This document shows, one piece after another, positions 18,447 through 26,536 of a stretch of DNA of 64,000 bases (its first letter is position 1; each line of letters starts with the position of its first letter). The position numbers and the translations under genes were made by a program. The stretch is taken from positions 1 to 64,000 of IMG/VR virus record IMGVR_UViG_2934356561_000002; one strand, written 5' to 3'. The DNA comes from a virus. Taxonomy: Duplodnaviria > Caudoviricetes. The notes under the pieces are model-generated. The model saw nothing but the letters and a program-made list of their open reading frames with translations, was not told where the DNA came from and did not search any database.

Positions 18447-18522
18447 AGGCCACTGCCCCGAACCGCGGGTAGTGGCCTCAACCTGCCGGGCACACCCGTC
18501 AGATGACGGCGATTGTAGTCCG
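18447..18522 (-). ncRNA. Putative small structured RNA with its -10 box (copy B)
   Basis: TACAAT, conserved 5' stem-loop, then terminator-like hairpin AGGCCACTACCC...GGGCAGTGGCCT. Confidence 0.35.
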
Positions 18523-18563
18523 CGACCTCACCGCCCCGCCACCACTTCCAGGACACCGGACCC

Positions 18564-18770
18564 ATGGACCGAGACGATCGGAACCAGCAACAAGCCCTCA
18601 TCGGACCCCCGGACACCGGGTACCGGGCCCGCTACTGTCGGCGCTGCGGGAAGCCGCTCACCGCCGAAGGATCGCGTCGCCGAGGATTTGGGCCCGACTG
18701 TGACCCCACCAGCCGGCTACAACCCGCCGCCGCCCACCAGGTTGAGCAGGACACCCTTCCCGGCACCTGA
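18564..18770 (+). CDS. DUF6011-like zinc-finger protein
   Basis: CRRCGKPLTAEGSRRRGFGPDC. Confidence 0.75.
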   Translation: MDRDDRNQQQALIGPPDTGYRARYCRRCGKPLTAEGSRRRGFGPDCDPTSRLQPAAAHQVEQDTLPGT

Positions 18771-18816
18771 GCGCGCCCAGCTACTCTTACGCCTCCAACA
18801 GCAGGAGGGGGCAGCA

Positions 18817-19407
18817 GTGGAGTTGGCAGTTGGCATCGCCACCATCGTTGCGACGGTCATTGCTCTGTGGGCAGCCTGGGTCGCATGGTCGCAAGCCACG
18901 ATCGCCCGGGAGCAGGCGGAGATCGCGAAGGGCGAAGCAGATACCGCCAAGAAGCAGCTGCAGATCTCCATGGAGCAGCACCTGGAAGGCATGCGCCCGA
19001 AGTTCACAGCGACCAACGGGCCCATCACCTGGCTGGACGATTCGCCACACGTGGACATCACTCTGACGCAGACTGGCGGCGTACCTGTCGACCACGTCAC
19101 CATCAGTGCAAGCGGCCCGTACCTGGACGCCCTAAGCACGTACGGGGCGGACGGAATCACGTCTCACGGAGCGAACCCGAGCGTTCGTATCGACGGCATG
19201 AGCGCGGGAGCCGAGGCAAGGATCGTGGCGCACTTCGAGTATCGCCACGTCGCCCCGATTCGATTGGAGCTGATCCTGGACTCCAAAGCCATGCACAGCG
19301 ACCTGACATGGTCGCAGCCCGCATACGTGCTTGCCGAGCCTCAGCCGGAACAGCCACGTACTCCATCAGGGCCGCGCGCAGCCAGACGTCGAGCAGCGGG
19401 TTACTAG
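18817..19407 (+). CDS. Membrane-anchored accessory (moron-like) protein
   Basis: RBS GGAGG; N-terminal TM plus coiled coil; followed by hairpin 19419-19456. Confidence 0.7.
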   Translation: MELAVGIATIVATVIALWAAWVAWSQATIAREQAEIAKGEADTAKKQLQISMEQHLEGMRPKFTATNGPITWLDDSPHVDITLTQTGGVPVDHVTISASGPYLDALSTYGADGITSHGANPSVRIDGMSAGAEARIVAHFEYRHVAPIRLELILDSKAMHSDLTWSQPAYVLAEPQPEQPRTPSGPRAARRRAAGY

Positions 19408-19418
19408 GACCAGAAGAG

Positions 19419-19456
19419 GTGGCCCCGCAGAGCGTGCGACGGACCTGCGGGGCCAC
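19419..19456. terminator. Bidirectional terminator hairpin
   Basis: GTGGCCCCGCAG...CTGCGGGGCCAC between convergent genes. Confidence 0.6.
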
Positions 19457-19524
19457 ACGAGCACCGTCCTGTCAGGGCACCCACACCGACCGTACGAGCA
19501 CACGGCCCTGACCGCCCGTCGACA

Positions 19525-20607
19525 TCAGCCGGCCGGAGACTCCTCCAACGGCACCGCGGCCACGGAGCGCCGGATCTGCTCCATCGTCGTCGGCAACGGC
19601 TCCCACCCGTACTGCCCGGCCATCACCCAGTTCAACGCGGTGATGCCCCGCGCGTACGCCTGCCGCAACCCCTGCGGCCGTAGCGGCACCCCCGGCGGGC
19701 CGGCCTTCGACGGCACCAGCGATACCCACAACGCAGTCTTCGCACCCGTCAGCGGCAGCGACTCCACCAGCTGCTGCCGCACCTTCAACCAGCGGCGCAC
19801 CGCGACCTGTGAGCCCTCCCGCAGCGGGTACCACTCCACCTCCGGCAACGGCTCCAGCTCGGCAACCGCGGCCAGGACTCGCTGCCGGGTATCCTCCGAC
19901 ACTCGCTCCACCCAGCCACCCAGCACCGACCGGGCCGCCTCCGTCCCCACCTCCGCCAGAGCGGCGATCTCCTCGACCCGGTTCGGGGGCGCCTTCTGCT
20001 GCTGCCGGCGCACCGCCACCGCCGTCTCACCCGAGGTCAGATCCGACAGGGACTGCGCAGCCAACTCCCCGGACCGTGGTGCAGCGTCCAGCATCACCGC
20101 CACGATCGCAAGCAGCCGGGTGCGGTCCTCGAACGACAAGGCCGTACCGTCCCGCTCCAGCGGCCCCTGCCCGGCCAGATCCACCATCCCCCGGTACAGG
20201 GCATCCAGCGACCGGCCACCCACCGTGGCCTTCGGCTCCGGGTTCGCGACCGACGGCAGGCGCACCGTCTTTCCTGCGGGCAGCACCTCACGGGCTAGGA
20301 TCTTCAGGCAGTCCCGAACGATCCGCAGCGTCCACTCCGGCAACGGCTTCCCGACATCCTTCTGGGCGTGCCGCAACTGCCCGTCGACCGCGAGATCCCA
20401 GAACGCGCGCAGCGCAGCCCACGTGAACAATTGGGCCGCGGTCCGGGACGCCCGGCCCGGCATCTCATCCCGGCCTACCGCCCGGTCGAACATCCCGACC
20501 ACCATCCGCAGTTGCCGCAGCCGGCCCTCCGACACCCGCCCGGCCATGCCGTCGACCACCGCGGCGAGCTGCCGGACCGAGGGGGCGCTGTACTGCTTGG
20601 GGGTCAT
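19525..20607 (-). CDS. Tyrosine recombinase-like protein lacking the C-terminal catalytic motifs
   Basis: RTRLLAIVAVMLDAAPRSGEL box I; ends shortly after EQIRRS with no nucleophile Tyr. Confidence 0.7.
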   Translation of the reverse strand: MTPKQYSAPSVRQLAAVVDGMAGRVSEGRLRQLRMVVGMFDRAVGRDEMPGRASRTAAQLFTWAALRAFWDLAVDGQLRHAQKDVGKPLPEWTLRIVRDCLKILAREVLPAGKTVRLPSVANPEPKATVGGRSLDALYRGMVDLAGQGPLERDGTALSFEDRTRLLAIVAVMLDAAPRSGELAAQSLSDLTSGETAVAVRRQQQKAPPNRVEEIAALAEVGTEAARSVLGGWVERVSEDTRQRVLAAVAELEPLPEVEWYPLREGSQVAVRRWLKVRQQLVESLPLTGAKTALWVSLVPSKAGPPGVPLRPQGLRQAYARGITALNWVMAGQYGWEPLPTTMEQIRRSVAAVPLEESPAG

Positions 20608-21755
20608 GACGATTGCTCCTGCTGGGGCACTGCGGCCTTCCTCGCGATCTGCGTCAGCGGGTTCCGCTCACCCTGACTGTCCTCTTCGTCGATGTACCCG
20701 ATCAGGGCCTTCGACCGATCGTCCCATCCGCCGTGCCGGCCGATGTCCACGATGTCGGCCCCCGCGGCGCGGGCCGTCTTCACCAGGCCTCGACGCAGCG
20801 AGTGCGACGTCCACTTTCCTGGCATCCCCGTGCGGTGGATCGACCGGCTGACGACATCGGACGCGCCGTTGATGCTGATCCGCCCGGTGGGGTCACCAAT
20901 CGGTTTGCCTTCGCGGGTCATCTCGGCGCCCATGTATCCCCACTGGTCGATCCGCATGAACAGCGGCCCGGAGGTGTACCCCTCATGGGCGAGCGCCGCC
21001 ACCAGGGCCCGTACCGCAGTCACTGCGCACAGATCTGCATCGGGGTCCGGGACGACCTCGACAGACTGCCACTTCTTCCGCTTCTTCCGGTAGACCTTCA
21101 CCTTGAACCCGCCCTCCGGTAGGTCCGTAAAGTTGGCCGGCCAGTTCAGTGGAACGAGCTCGCTGCCGCGGGACCCGATGGCGTGCCCCAGCAACATGAG
21201 CGCAGCATCCCGCCTCCCGACGAGGGTGGTGCGGTCAAGGTGGACAAGCGCTTCACGGAGAACGTCTCGGTCGGCGGCCGTGGCCTTCTTCGGGGTGGCA
21301 GCCGGGTCTTGGGCGAGAGACAACTCCTTCCGGTACCCGGCGACGACCTTGCGTGCGCCCATAGTGTCCGGGGGCTCGTATCCGGCGGCCCGGTGCGATG
21401 AGCGGATCGACGCGATGATCCTGTCCATCGTCGCGGGACCGTACGGCTTCCCTGTCCGTTCGCGGGGTGTGCGCTTCAGGTACGACAGGTATGCGGTGAC
21501 GGTGTGCGGCGCGGCAGGCATGACACGGCGGCCTACCGTGGCGCACCATTCGGCGAAGCGCTCCATGTCACCTTCGTACGCCCGGCTGGTGTCGCGCGGG
21601 ATGCCAGCCTGAACGTCCTCCTGCGCTTCGGGCGGCAGCCACGCGTCTGGATCCTTATCGACCAGCGGAACGGCGGGAGTTCGGTCCTCCGGGATGGCAG
21701 GGAGTTGGTCCTCCTCGACCAGCTCCGCGTCCACCACGTCGTCATGCTCGGTCAC
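20604..21755 (-). CDS. Cre-like tyrosine recombinase
   Basis: RDAALMLLG..IGSRGSEL; HSLRRG; GRHGGW; LIGYID (R-H-R-W-Y intact). Confidence 0.92.
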   Translation of the reverse strand: MTEHDDVVDAELVEEDQLPAIPEDRTPAVPLVDKDPDAWLPPEAQEDVQAGIPRDTSRAYEGDMERFAEWCATVGRRVMPAAPHTVTAYLSYLKRTPRERTGKPYGPATMDRIIASIRSSHRAAGYEPPDTMGARKVVAGYRKELSLAQDPAATPKKATAADRDVLREALVHLDRTTLVGRRDAALMLLGHAIGSRGSELVPLNWPANFTDLPEGGFKVKVYRKKRKKWQSVEVVPDPDADLCAVTAVRALVAALAHEGYTSGPLFMRIDQWGYMGAEMTREGKPIGDPTGRISINGASDVVSRSIHRTGMPGKWTSHSLRRGLVKTARAAGADIVDIGRHGGWDDRSKALIGYIDEEDSQGERNPLTQIARKAAVPQQEQSS

Positions 21756-22003
21756 CGTGAGACCCGATCAGCCGTAGCCCACCGCAGCCGCAGCTCCATC
21801 GTGCGAAGACTGACGAGCCAGTGGTAGAGCTCCAACTCGTCTCGGCAGAGTCGGGAAAGCGGCCGCCCCGTGTGCTCGTCCCGTACACCCCACCTCTTCA
21901 TACCTAGACGGGTTCGTTTCGTGAAGCGCACGTACCTTTCCGGATGACAGTCGTCTCCGCACTCGGTCAAGGCCTTCTCGCTTGCTTTGATCTTTGGCTC
22001 CAT
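21752..22003 (-). CDS. Small basic protein coupled to the recombinase
   Basis: 83 aa; GTGA overlap with the recombinase start. Confidence 0.55.
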   Translation of the reverse strand: MEPKIKASEKALTECGDDCHPERYVRFTKRTRLGMKRWGVRDEHTGRPLSRLCRDELELYHWLVSLRTMELRLRWATADRVSR

Positions 22004-22026
22004 AGAAGGAACATTATCTGGAGCCA
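21995..22026. promoter_or_regulatory. 13-6-13 imperfect palindrome (lox/dif-like site or operator)
   Basis: TGGCTCCATAGAA-GGAACA-TTATCTGGAGCCA, arms 11/13 symmetric. Confidence 0.5.
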
Positions 22027-22098
22027 CGACGCTCGCTGCCCCCGAAACGACGATGACCCCGCACGGTGGCGAGGTCATCAAGGCAGATCAGTCTCTGG

Positions 22099-22326
22099 CT
22101 AGCGCTCGTTCAGAATGTCCTCGATCTTGCCCGAGGTGATGGCACCGTCCGGGATCTTCGACCACTCGGCAACGGGCATGGGCGCCGCCCACGAGGGGAA
22201 GGACGGGACGTGAACTTTAGCGGCCCGCCTCCGGTCGCGGATCCAGTACCCGATGAACGTGCCGACGAAGGCTCCGACCAGAGCGGCGACGCCGGTGAGG
22301 ATCGCGGTGAGGTCCATGCTCATCAT
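22099..22326 (-). CDS. Small single-TM protein
   Basis: LTAILTGVAALVGAFVGTFIGYWI followed by basic residues; start uncertain. Confidence 0.55.
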   Translation of the reverse strand: MMSMDLTAILTGVAALVGAFVGTFIGYWIRDRRRAAKVHVPSFPSWAAPMPVAEWSKIPDGAITSGKIEDILNER

Positions 22327-22423
22327 GATGGCAGACAGCACTGACATCCGGCGTGGCATCTCATGTGAGCCTATCAAGCATCAGAAAGCGGAGGGCTCCG
22401 CCGTTTCTTCGCTGTGCGCGATC

Positions 22424-23080
22424 CTAAGCTTCGGTCCCCTTCGCGGCGTTCCGCTGCTCCCGCTCCAGACGGCTCTTCTTGAGCGCCGCCATCCGTGCCG
22501 GCCCCTGGTACACCTCCTCCAGGATCTCGTCCATCAGCGCGACAATAGCTTCGGCATCCTCGGGCGGCATCGGCTCGTCCGCCAAGTCCCCGTGCGCAAT
22601 CTCGTTGCCGCCCTCACGGATCTCGTGTGCTAGTTCCCTCGTGATTTCCCGGATGAGACTCTGCTTGTGCATCTCGTCGATCTTGGCCACCAATGGACCC
22701 TTGACGATGCCGTGGTCCTTGGCCGTGGCTTCGACAACCGCGCGGGCGAGAGCAACTGCTCCCCGGTAGGCAGATATCGACAGGCAGGCGTGAGCCTCGC
22801 TCGCGGCCGCCGCAATCTGTTGCGGCACATCATCGAAGGAGCGGCGCCGAATGGTCTTCGGCTCCCACTCCAGAACGGGCTCCCTGGGCATCTCCGACTT
22901 CGGGTTGGTGAAGTTGGATTTACGCCAGATGGTTCCGATGGACAGGCGTAGGCACGTTTCGTTCGAACACTGAAAGGTTGCCGTATAGACGTACCCGGCC
23001 TGCGCAGGGACCGACTTTGGATCCGTTTGCATTGCCATGTGGGTGCGGTCGCCGCACCATCCGCAGATCGTACTTGCCAT
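22424..23080 (-). CDS. DUF4145 (HEPN-like) protein with N-terminal Zn ribbon
   Basis: CGWC...C; EAHACLSISAYRGAVALARAVVE...REGGNEIAH. Confidence 0.82.
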   Translation of the reverse strand: MASTICGWCGDRTHMAMQTDPKSVPAQAGYVYTATFQCSNETCLRLSIGTIWRKSNFTNPKSEMPREPVLEWEPKTIRRRSFDDVPQQIAAAASEAHACLSISAYRGAVALARAVVEATAKDHGIVKGPLVAKIDEMHKQSLIREITRELAHEIREGGNEIAHGDLADEPMPPEDAEAIVALMDEILEEVYQGPARMAALKKSRLEREQRNAAKGTEA

Positions 23081-23124
23081 GTGCGCAGGGTACTTGAGGC
23101 TGACGCACACACGATCTGCAAGGA

Positions 23125-23289
23125 CTACGGGTACAGCAGCCGGGACAGCGGTGCGGGTCGGGCGCCCGGCTCGTGCGGGCGGGCCGGCAGGTCGGTGGTG
23201 ACGTCCGGCGGTGGTTCAGCCGGGGGCTGGGTGTTGTTGTCGGGGCTGGTGATGGCCTCGACCTCGCGGGGGTCCAGGTTGGTGCTCAT
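23125..23289 (-). CDS. Small Pro-rich leaderless protein (54 aa)
   Basis: MSTNLDPREVEAITSP...LSRLLYP; late-type promoter ends 6 nt before ATG. Confidence 0.45.
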   Translation of the reverse strand: MSTNLDPREVEAITSPDNNTQPPAEPPPDVTTDLPARPHEPGARPAPLSRLLYP

Positions 23290-23334
23290 GAGTCAAGAGT
23301 GCGCCTGGTGGCGGAAGTTACTGCCCCGGGTCGC

Positions 23335-23370
23335 TTGTGTAGCGTTCGCGATGCGTGTAGCGTATGCATC
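23335..23370 (+). promoter_or_regulatory. Leaderless promoter of the cassette array with direct-repeat operator
   Basis: TTGTGT-N17-TAGCGT-N7-ATG; TGTAGCGT at 23338 and 23356. Confidence 0.65.
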
Positions 23371-23814
23371 ATGAAGGATAAGAAGAACTGGTACGCCGAG
23401 TTCGGCAGCGCCAGCAACAAGCGCGAGGACGCCGTCTTCGACGTCCACCCCGACGTGGCCACCGCCTTCGCCGACGCCATCCGCAACCAGGCCAACGTCC
23501 AGGGCCCCCACCACGCCCAGGACTTCGACGACCTGACCGCCACCATCGCCCAGACCTCCCGCCTCATCCAGCATCTGGAGGCCTTCCGCGAACTGGCCAT
23601 CGTCGCCGCAGACCGCACCAGCCCCCACGCCGACCGCAAGGCCATCGCCATCGCCGCCGCCATGCCGCCCTCCCGGCTCTACCGCGTTCTGGAGAAGCAC
23701 GGACGGCCGAAGAACCGCAGCAAGGCCTACGACGAGGCCGTCCACGAAGCGCTCGACAAGGGCCTCAAGGGCGACGAGATGTGGGACCACGCCAACCGGA
23801 CCACCGAGCAGTGA
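23371..23814 (+). CDS. HTH protein, first gene of the cassette array
   Basis: DRKAIAIAAAMPPSRLYRVLEKHG HTH; ends NRTTEQ. Confidence 0.8.
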   Translation: MKDKKNWYAEFGSASNKREDAVFDVHPDVATAFADAIRNQANVQGPHHAQDFDDLTATIAQTSRLIQHLEAFRELAIVAADRTSPHADRKAIAIAAAMPPSRLYRVLEKHGRPKNRSKAYDEAVHEALDKGLKGDEMWDHANRTTEQ

Positions 23815-23825
23815 GGACCACGACC

Positions 23826-24032
23826 ATGCAGCAGTCAGACATCGAGTCGGTTCTGTGGGACTGCGTAACCGCACCCGACGATGACTCCAGCTACCTAGGC
23901 GACCAGACCTCTGGAATCAGCAAGCTTGCCGCGCTGATCGCCGAGCAGAACCGCCGAATCAACGAGCTGGAAGAGACGCTCGCGCGCATCACTGAACGGC
24001 CGTTCCCGCCCGACCGCACCGCCGAGCAGTGA
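23826..24032 (+). CDS. Cassette gene 2, 68-aa coiled-coil protein
   Basis: Starts and ends in junction repeats; ends DRTAEQ. Confidence 0.75.
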   Translation: MQQSDIESVLWDCVTAPDDDSSYLGDQTSGISKLAALIAEQNRRINELEETLARITERPFPPDRTAEQ

Positions 24033-24043
24033 GGACCACGACC

Positions 24044-24202
24044 ATGACCACCCCCGACGAACTTCGGGCACGCGCCACCGAGCTGGAGAGCCGCGTTCCG
24101 CCGGTGACCGCCGGGCCCCCCACCGACGACGAGCGGATGTGGCTGGAGAAGGCCGCAGCCCTCCGCGCCGAAGCGGACACCCTCGACGGCGCCGAGCAGT
24201 GA
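24044..24202 (+). CDS. Cassette gene 3, 52-aa helical protein (absent from the ORF track)
   Basis: MTTPDELRARATELESRVPPVTAGPPTDDERMWLEKAAALRAEADTLDGAEQ. Confidence 0.75.
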   Translation: MTTPDELRARATELESRVPPVTAGPPTDDERMWLEKAAALRAEADTLDGAEQ

Positions 24203-24213
24203 GGACCGCGAGC

Positions 24214-24447
24214 ATGTGGAACTGTGCGAACTGCGGCACTGAGAACCAGGAGCACGACGAGCACTGCCAGAACTGCGACACCTGGCGCAGCGAGCAGGAA
24301 GGCCCCGACGGACAGATCTGCGGTGACAGCTATGACCACGAGGTGGTCATCGACCACCGGGGGCCTGACGGAATCCAGTGGCATTGCGCTCGGGGAGAGT
24401 GCGGAGCCGAAGTCTGGGACCCTGCCCCGATCACCACCGAGAAGTGA
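24214..24447 (+). CDS. Cassette gene 4, RanBP2-like zinc-finger protein
   Basis: MWNCANCGTENQEHDEHCQNC; ends ITTEK. Confidence 0.75.
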   Translation: MWNCANCGTENQEHDEHCQNCDTWRSEQEGPDGQICGDSYDHEVVIDHRGPDGIQWHCARGECGAEVWDPAPITTEK

Positions 24448-24458
24448 GGACCACGACC

Positions 24459-24734
24459 ATGGCGCGATACACCGAGGGTCAGCGAGCCTTCCTGGCTGGC
24501 AATCCGAAGCCGAAGGGACCGAGCAAGCCGTGGCGTGTCCTGCTGTCTGAAGCAGGTGGATCAACCCGGCAGGACTTCCGATCCAGCCAAGCCGCGTACG
24601 AGCACGTCGTTGCCGAACGCCAGCGTGCCGAGTCTAGGGAATCCGAGACCGTCAGCATTCGTGTTCTCCAGTGGACCGATGGTGACTGGGCTCTGTATGA
24701 GCGCATCACTCCGAACCGAACCGCCCATCAGTAG
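24459..24734 (+). CDS. Cassette gene 5, 91-aa hypothetical protein
   Basis: Starts in junction repeat; ends NRTAHQ (degenerate half-junction). Confidence 0.75.
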   Translation: MARYTEGQRAFLAGNPKPKGPSKPWRVLLSEAGGSTRQDFRSSQAAYEHVVAERQRAESRESETVSIRVLQWTDGDWALYERITPNRTAHQ

Positions 24735-24745
24735 CCGCACAGCAC

Positions 24746-24782
24746 GGTGCCCGCGACCAAGGTCTAGTTGGTCGCGGGCACC
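24746..24782 (+). terminator. Perfect 15-bp hairpin closing the cassette array
   Basis: GGTGCCCGCGACCAA-N7-TTGGTCGCGGGCACC. Confidence 0.75.
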
Positions 24783-24937
24783 TGCGTGTCAGCCTACCGG
24801 TGGCCTCACCTGCGCGTACGTCCGTACCCGCACCCCCGGTTCGCCCGGTACCCGCCACACCTCCGACGGGCCCGACGTCGCCCACCGCTCACCCAGCTCC
24901 GCAACCGCGACGGCCGTCCAGACGAAGGGACTACCGG

Positions 24938-25276
24938 CTACCGCTCCCGCAGGTTGTACGGGCTGATCTCCTCGTACCGATCGTCGGACTCATCCCGGCC
25001 GAAGCTCTCCTCCCAACGCTCCGGCCAGTTCGCCGGGCCGCCGACCCGGAACCGATCATCTGCCCACCGGGGTTCCCCCACACAGAAGGCGTGCACCTGG
25101 GGCTGGTCGTCACCGCCCCGGCGGACGAACTCCTCGTCGTAGATGAGGAAGTGGCCCATGTCGTCGCGGTCCTCGCGGACTTCCTCCGGCAGGGTGACCA
25201 CCCGGGTCACCTTGTCGTCGTCGACGTCGACCTCAACCATCACCGGCATTACGTACCGGACCCACCGCTTCGCCAC
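24938..25276 (-). CDS. Acidic hypothetical protein
   Basis: VAKRWVRYVMPVMVEVDVDDD...; start uncertain. Confidence 0.6.
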   Translation of the reverse strand: MAKRWVRYVMPVMVEVDVDDDKVTRVVTLPEEVREDRDDMGHFLIYDEEFVRRGGDDQPQVHAFCVGEPRWADDRFRVGGPANWPERWEESFGRDESDDRYEEISPYNLRER

Positions 25277-25490
25277 CGCTGCCCTGCCCTTCATGTCACG
25301 TACTTCGGGCGGGACACTATCGGGATCAAGCCCCTCCACGGGACCAGGCCCCAGAGCATCACCCTCAGGTACACGACACCTGGCCGTAGCTATACGAGAA
25401 CCGGGCCGTACCGAGCTCCTGGCCAGCGGGTTGTTCACCAGGACGGGAAGCGGGTGACATACGAGAGGTGACGAGGCGGAGCGTTCAATG

Positions 25491-25533
25491 CGAGCAAGAT
25501 CATGTTACTTGGTGTGAATTTTTATAGGACAGA
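25491..25533. repeat. 43-bp inverted repeat, right copy
   Basis: CGAGCAAGATCATGTTACTTGGTGTGAATTTTTATAGGACAGA. Confidence 0.9.
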
Positions 25534-25561
25534 ACCCCTGATCGGAGGCCCTTCACGGTGC

Positions 25562-26197
25562 TCACCGAGGTCTCCTCATCACGGCGGCGGTCGACGAGTC
25601 GCTGGTAGGGGTCGGGGTCGGCGTGCTGGTGGGCGAGCACCGGTACCGCGGGTTGGCAGGGTCGAAGCCATCGACCGGCGCGCACCGGTAGGTGACCCCG
25701 GCAGGGTCGGCATACGTCCACTCCGCGGGAGGCGCGCCGTCCTTTCCGTTCGTGCCGTCCTTACCGTTGGTGCCCGGTACTCCAGTGGCGTCCTGCCCAG
25801 GAGGGCCGCTCGGGCCGGGAATCGTTGAGTCGGCGCCTGCCTGACCGGCTGGGCCGGACGGGCCGGGGCTCGGCGTGATGGTGGGCGCGGCCTTACCCGC
25901 AGCGCCTGTCGGGCCCGGTGGCCCCTGCGGCCCAGGAGGGCCGGTCCTGCCCACGACGGTCTCGCCAGCCTTGCCGCGCGATCCTGGCGGGCCTGCCACC
26001 GGCTTCTCCCCCAGCCCCTGCACCTGCCGGGCTAGAGCATCACGGGCCTGATTCGCCGCATCCAAATCGTTGGAAAGCATGACGAACGCGGTGACAACGA
26101 CACCGAGGACGAGCGCCGCGAACAGGGCAGCCGCGGCAGCCATGTAGTCGCCGCGCTTGCGCTGCTTCCGGGCCTCCACCCGCGTCAGGGCCCTCAT
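25562..26197 (-). CDS. Membrane-anchored collagen-like protein (lysis cassette)
   Basis: N-terminal TM; Gly-X-Y repeats. Confidence 0.8.
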   Translation of the reverse strand: MRALTRVEARKQRKRGDYMAAAAALFAALVLGVVVTAFVMLSNDLDAANQARDALARQVQGLGEKPVAGPPGSRGKAGETVVGRTGPPGPQGPPGPTGAAGKAAPTITPSPGPSGPAGQAGADSTIPGPSGPPGQDATGVPGTNGKDGTNGKDGAPPAEWTYADPAGVTYRCAPVDGFDPANPRYRCSPTSTPTPTPTSDSSTAAVMRRPR

Positions 26198-26508
26198 CCC
26201 TTACCTCCCGCGAGGAAAAACACGATCGGGATGATGAGCCCTAGTACCGGTACGACGACCGACGCGAACATCCACCGTCGGGTCTGGGTGACTCGCTCGG
26301 CGTCCGCGGTCCGCTGCGCCTTCACGCTCTCCACGTCCTTCTTCACATCGGCGATTTCTCGCTCCAGTGCCGCCTTCTCCACCCCGTACACGTCGGTGGA
26401 AACCATGCGGTCGAGACGCGAGTTGATCTGAGCCATGTCGTCGCGAATGTCGCCACGCATGAGCTGGATGAGCCGCCCCAGCTCTCCCAGAGACGGCTCA
26501 TCGGCCAT
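26194..26508 (-). CDS. Coiled-coil membrane protein (lysis cassette)
   Basis: C-terminal TM; typical position after the holin. Confidence 0.75.
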   Translation of the reverse strand: MADEPSLGELGRLIQLMRGDIRDDMAQINSRLDRMVSTDVYGVEKAALEREIADVKKDVESVKAQRTADAERVTQTRRWMFASVVVPVLGLIIPIVFFLAGGKG

Positions 26509-26536
26509 GTCTTGCTCCGTAGATCAGGAAGGGTGG

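Larger units (their letters stand above)
23800..24461 (+). repeat. Four 29-bp gene-junction repeats (23800, 24018, 24188, 24433)
   Basis: Consensus ACCRCCGAGCAGTGAGGACCACGACCATG containing stop, RBS and start. Confidence 0.9.

Noticed and set aside
19331-20851. 506-aa plus-strand ORF
   Set aside because: Antisense to the recombinase pair; Ser/Arg/Thr-rich composition typical of a non-coding frame
23800-24461. Junction repeats as a CRISPR array
   Set aside because: Repeat spacing is 170-245 bp and filled by in-frame genes; repeats are not palindromic; no cas genes
11431-25533. 43-bp inverted repeats as ends of a DDE transposon
   Set aside because: No transposase inside, no target-site duplication in the flanks, and the enclosed genes look like core phage early genes
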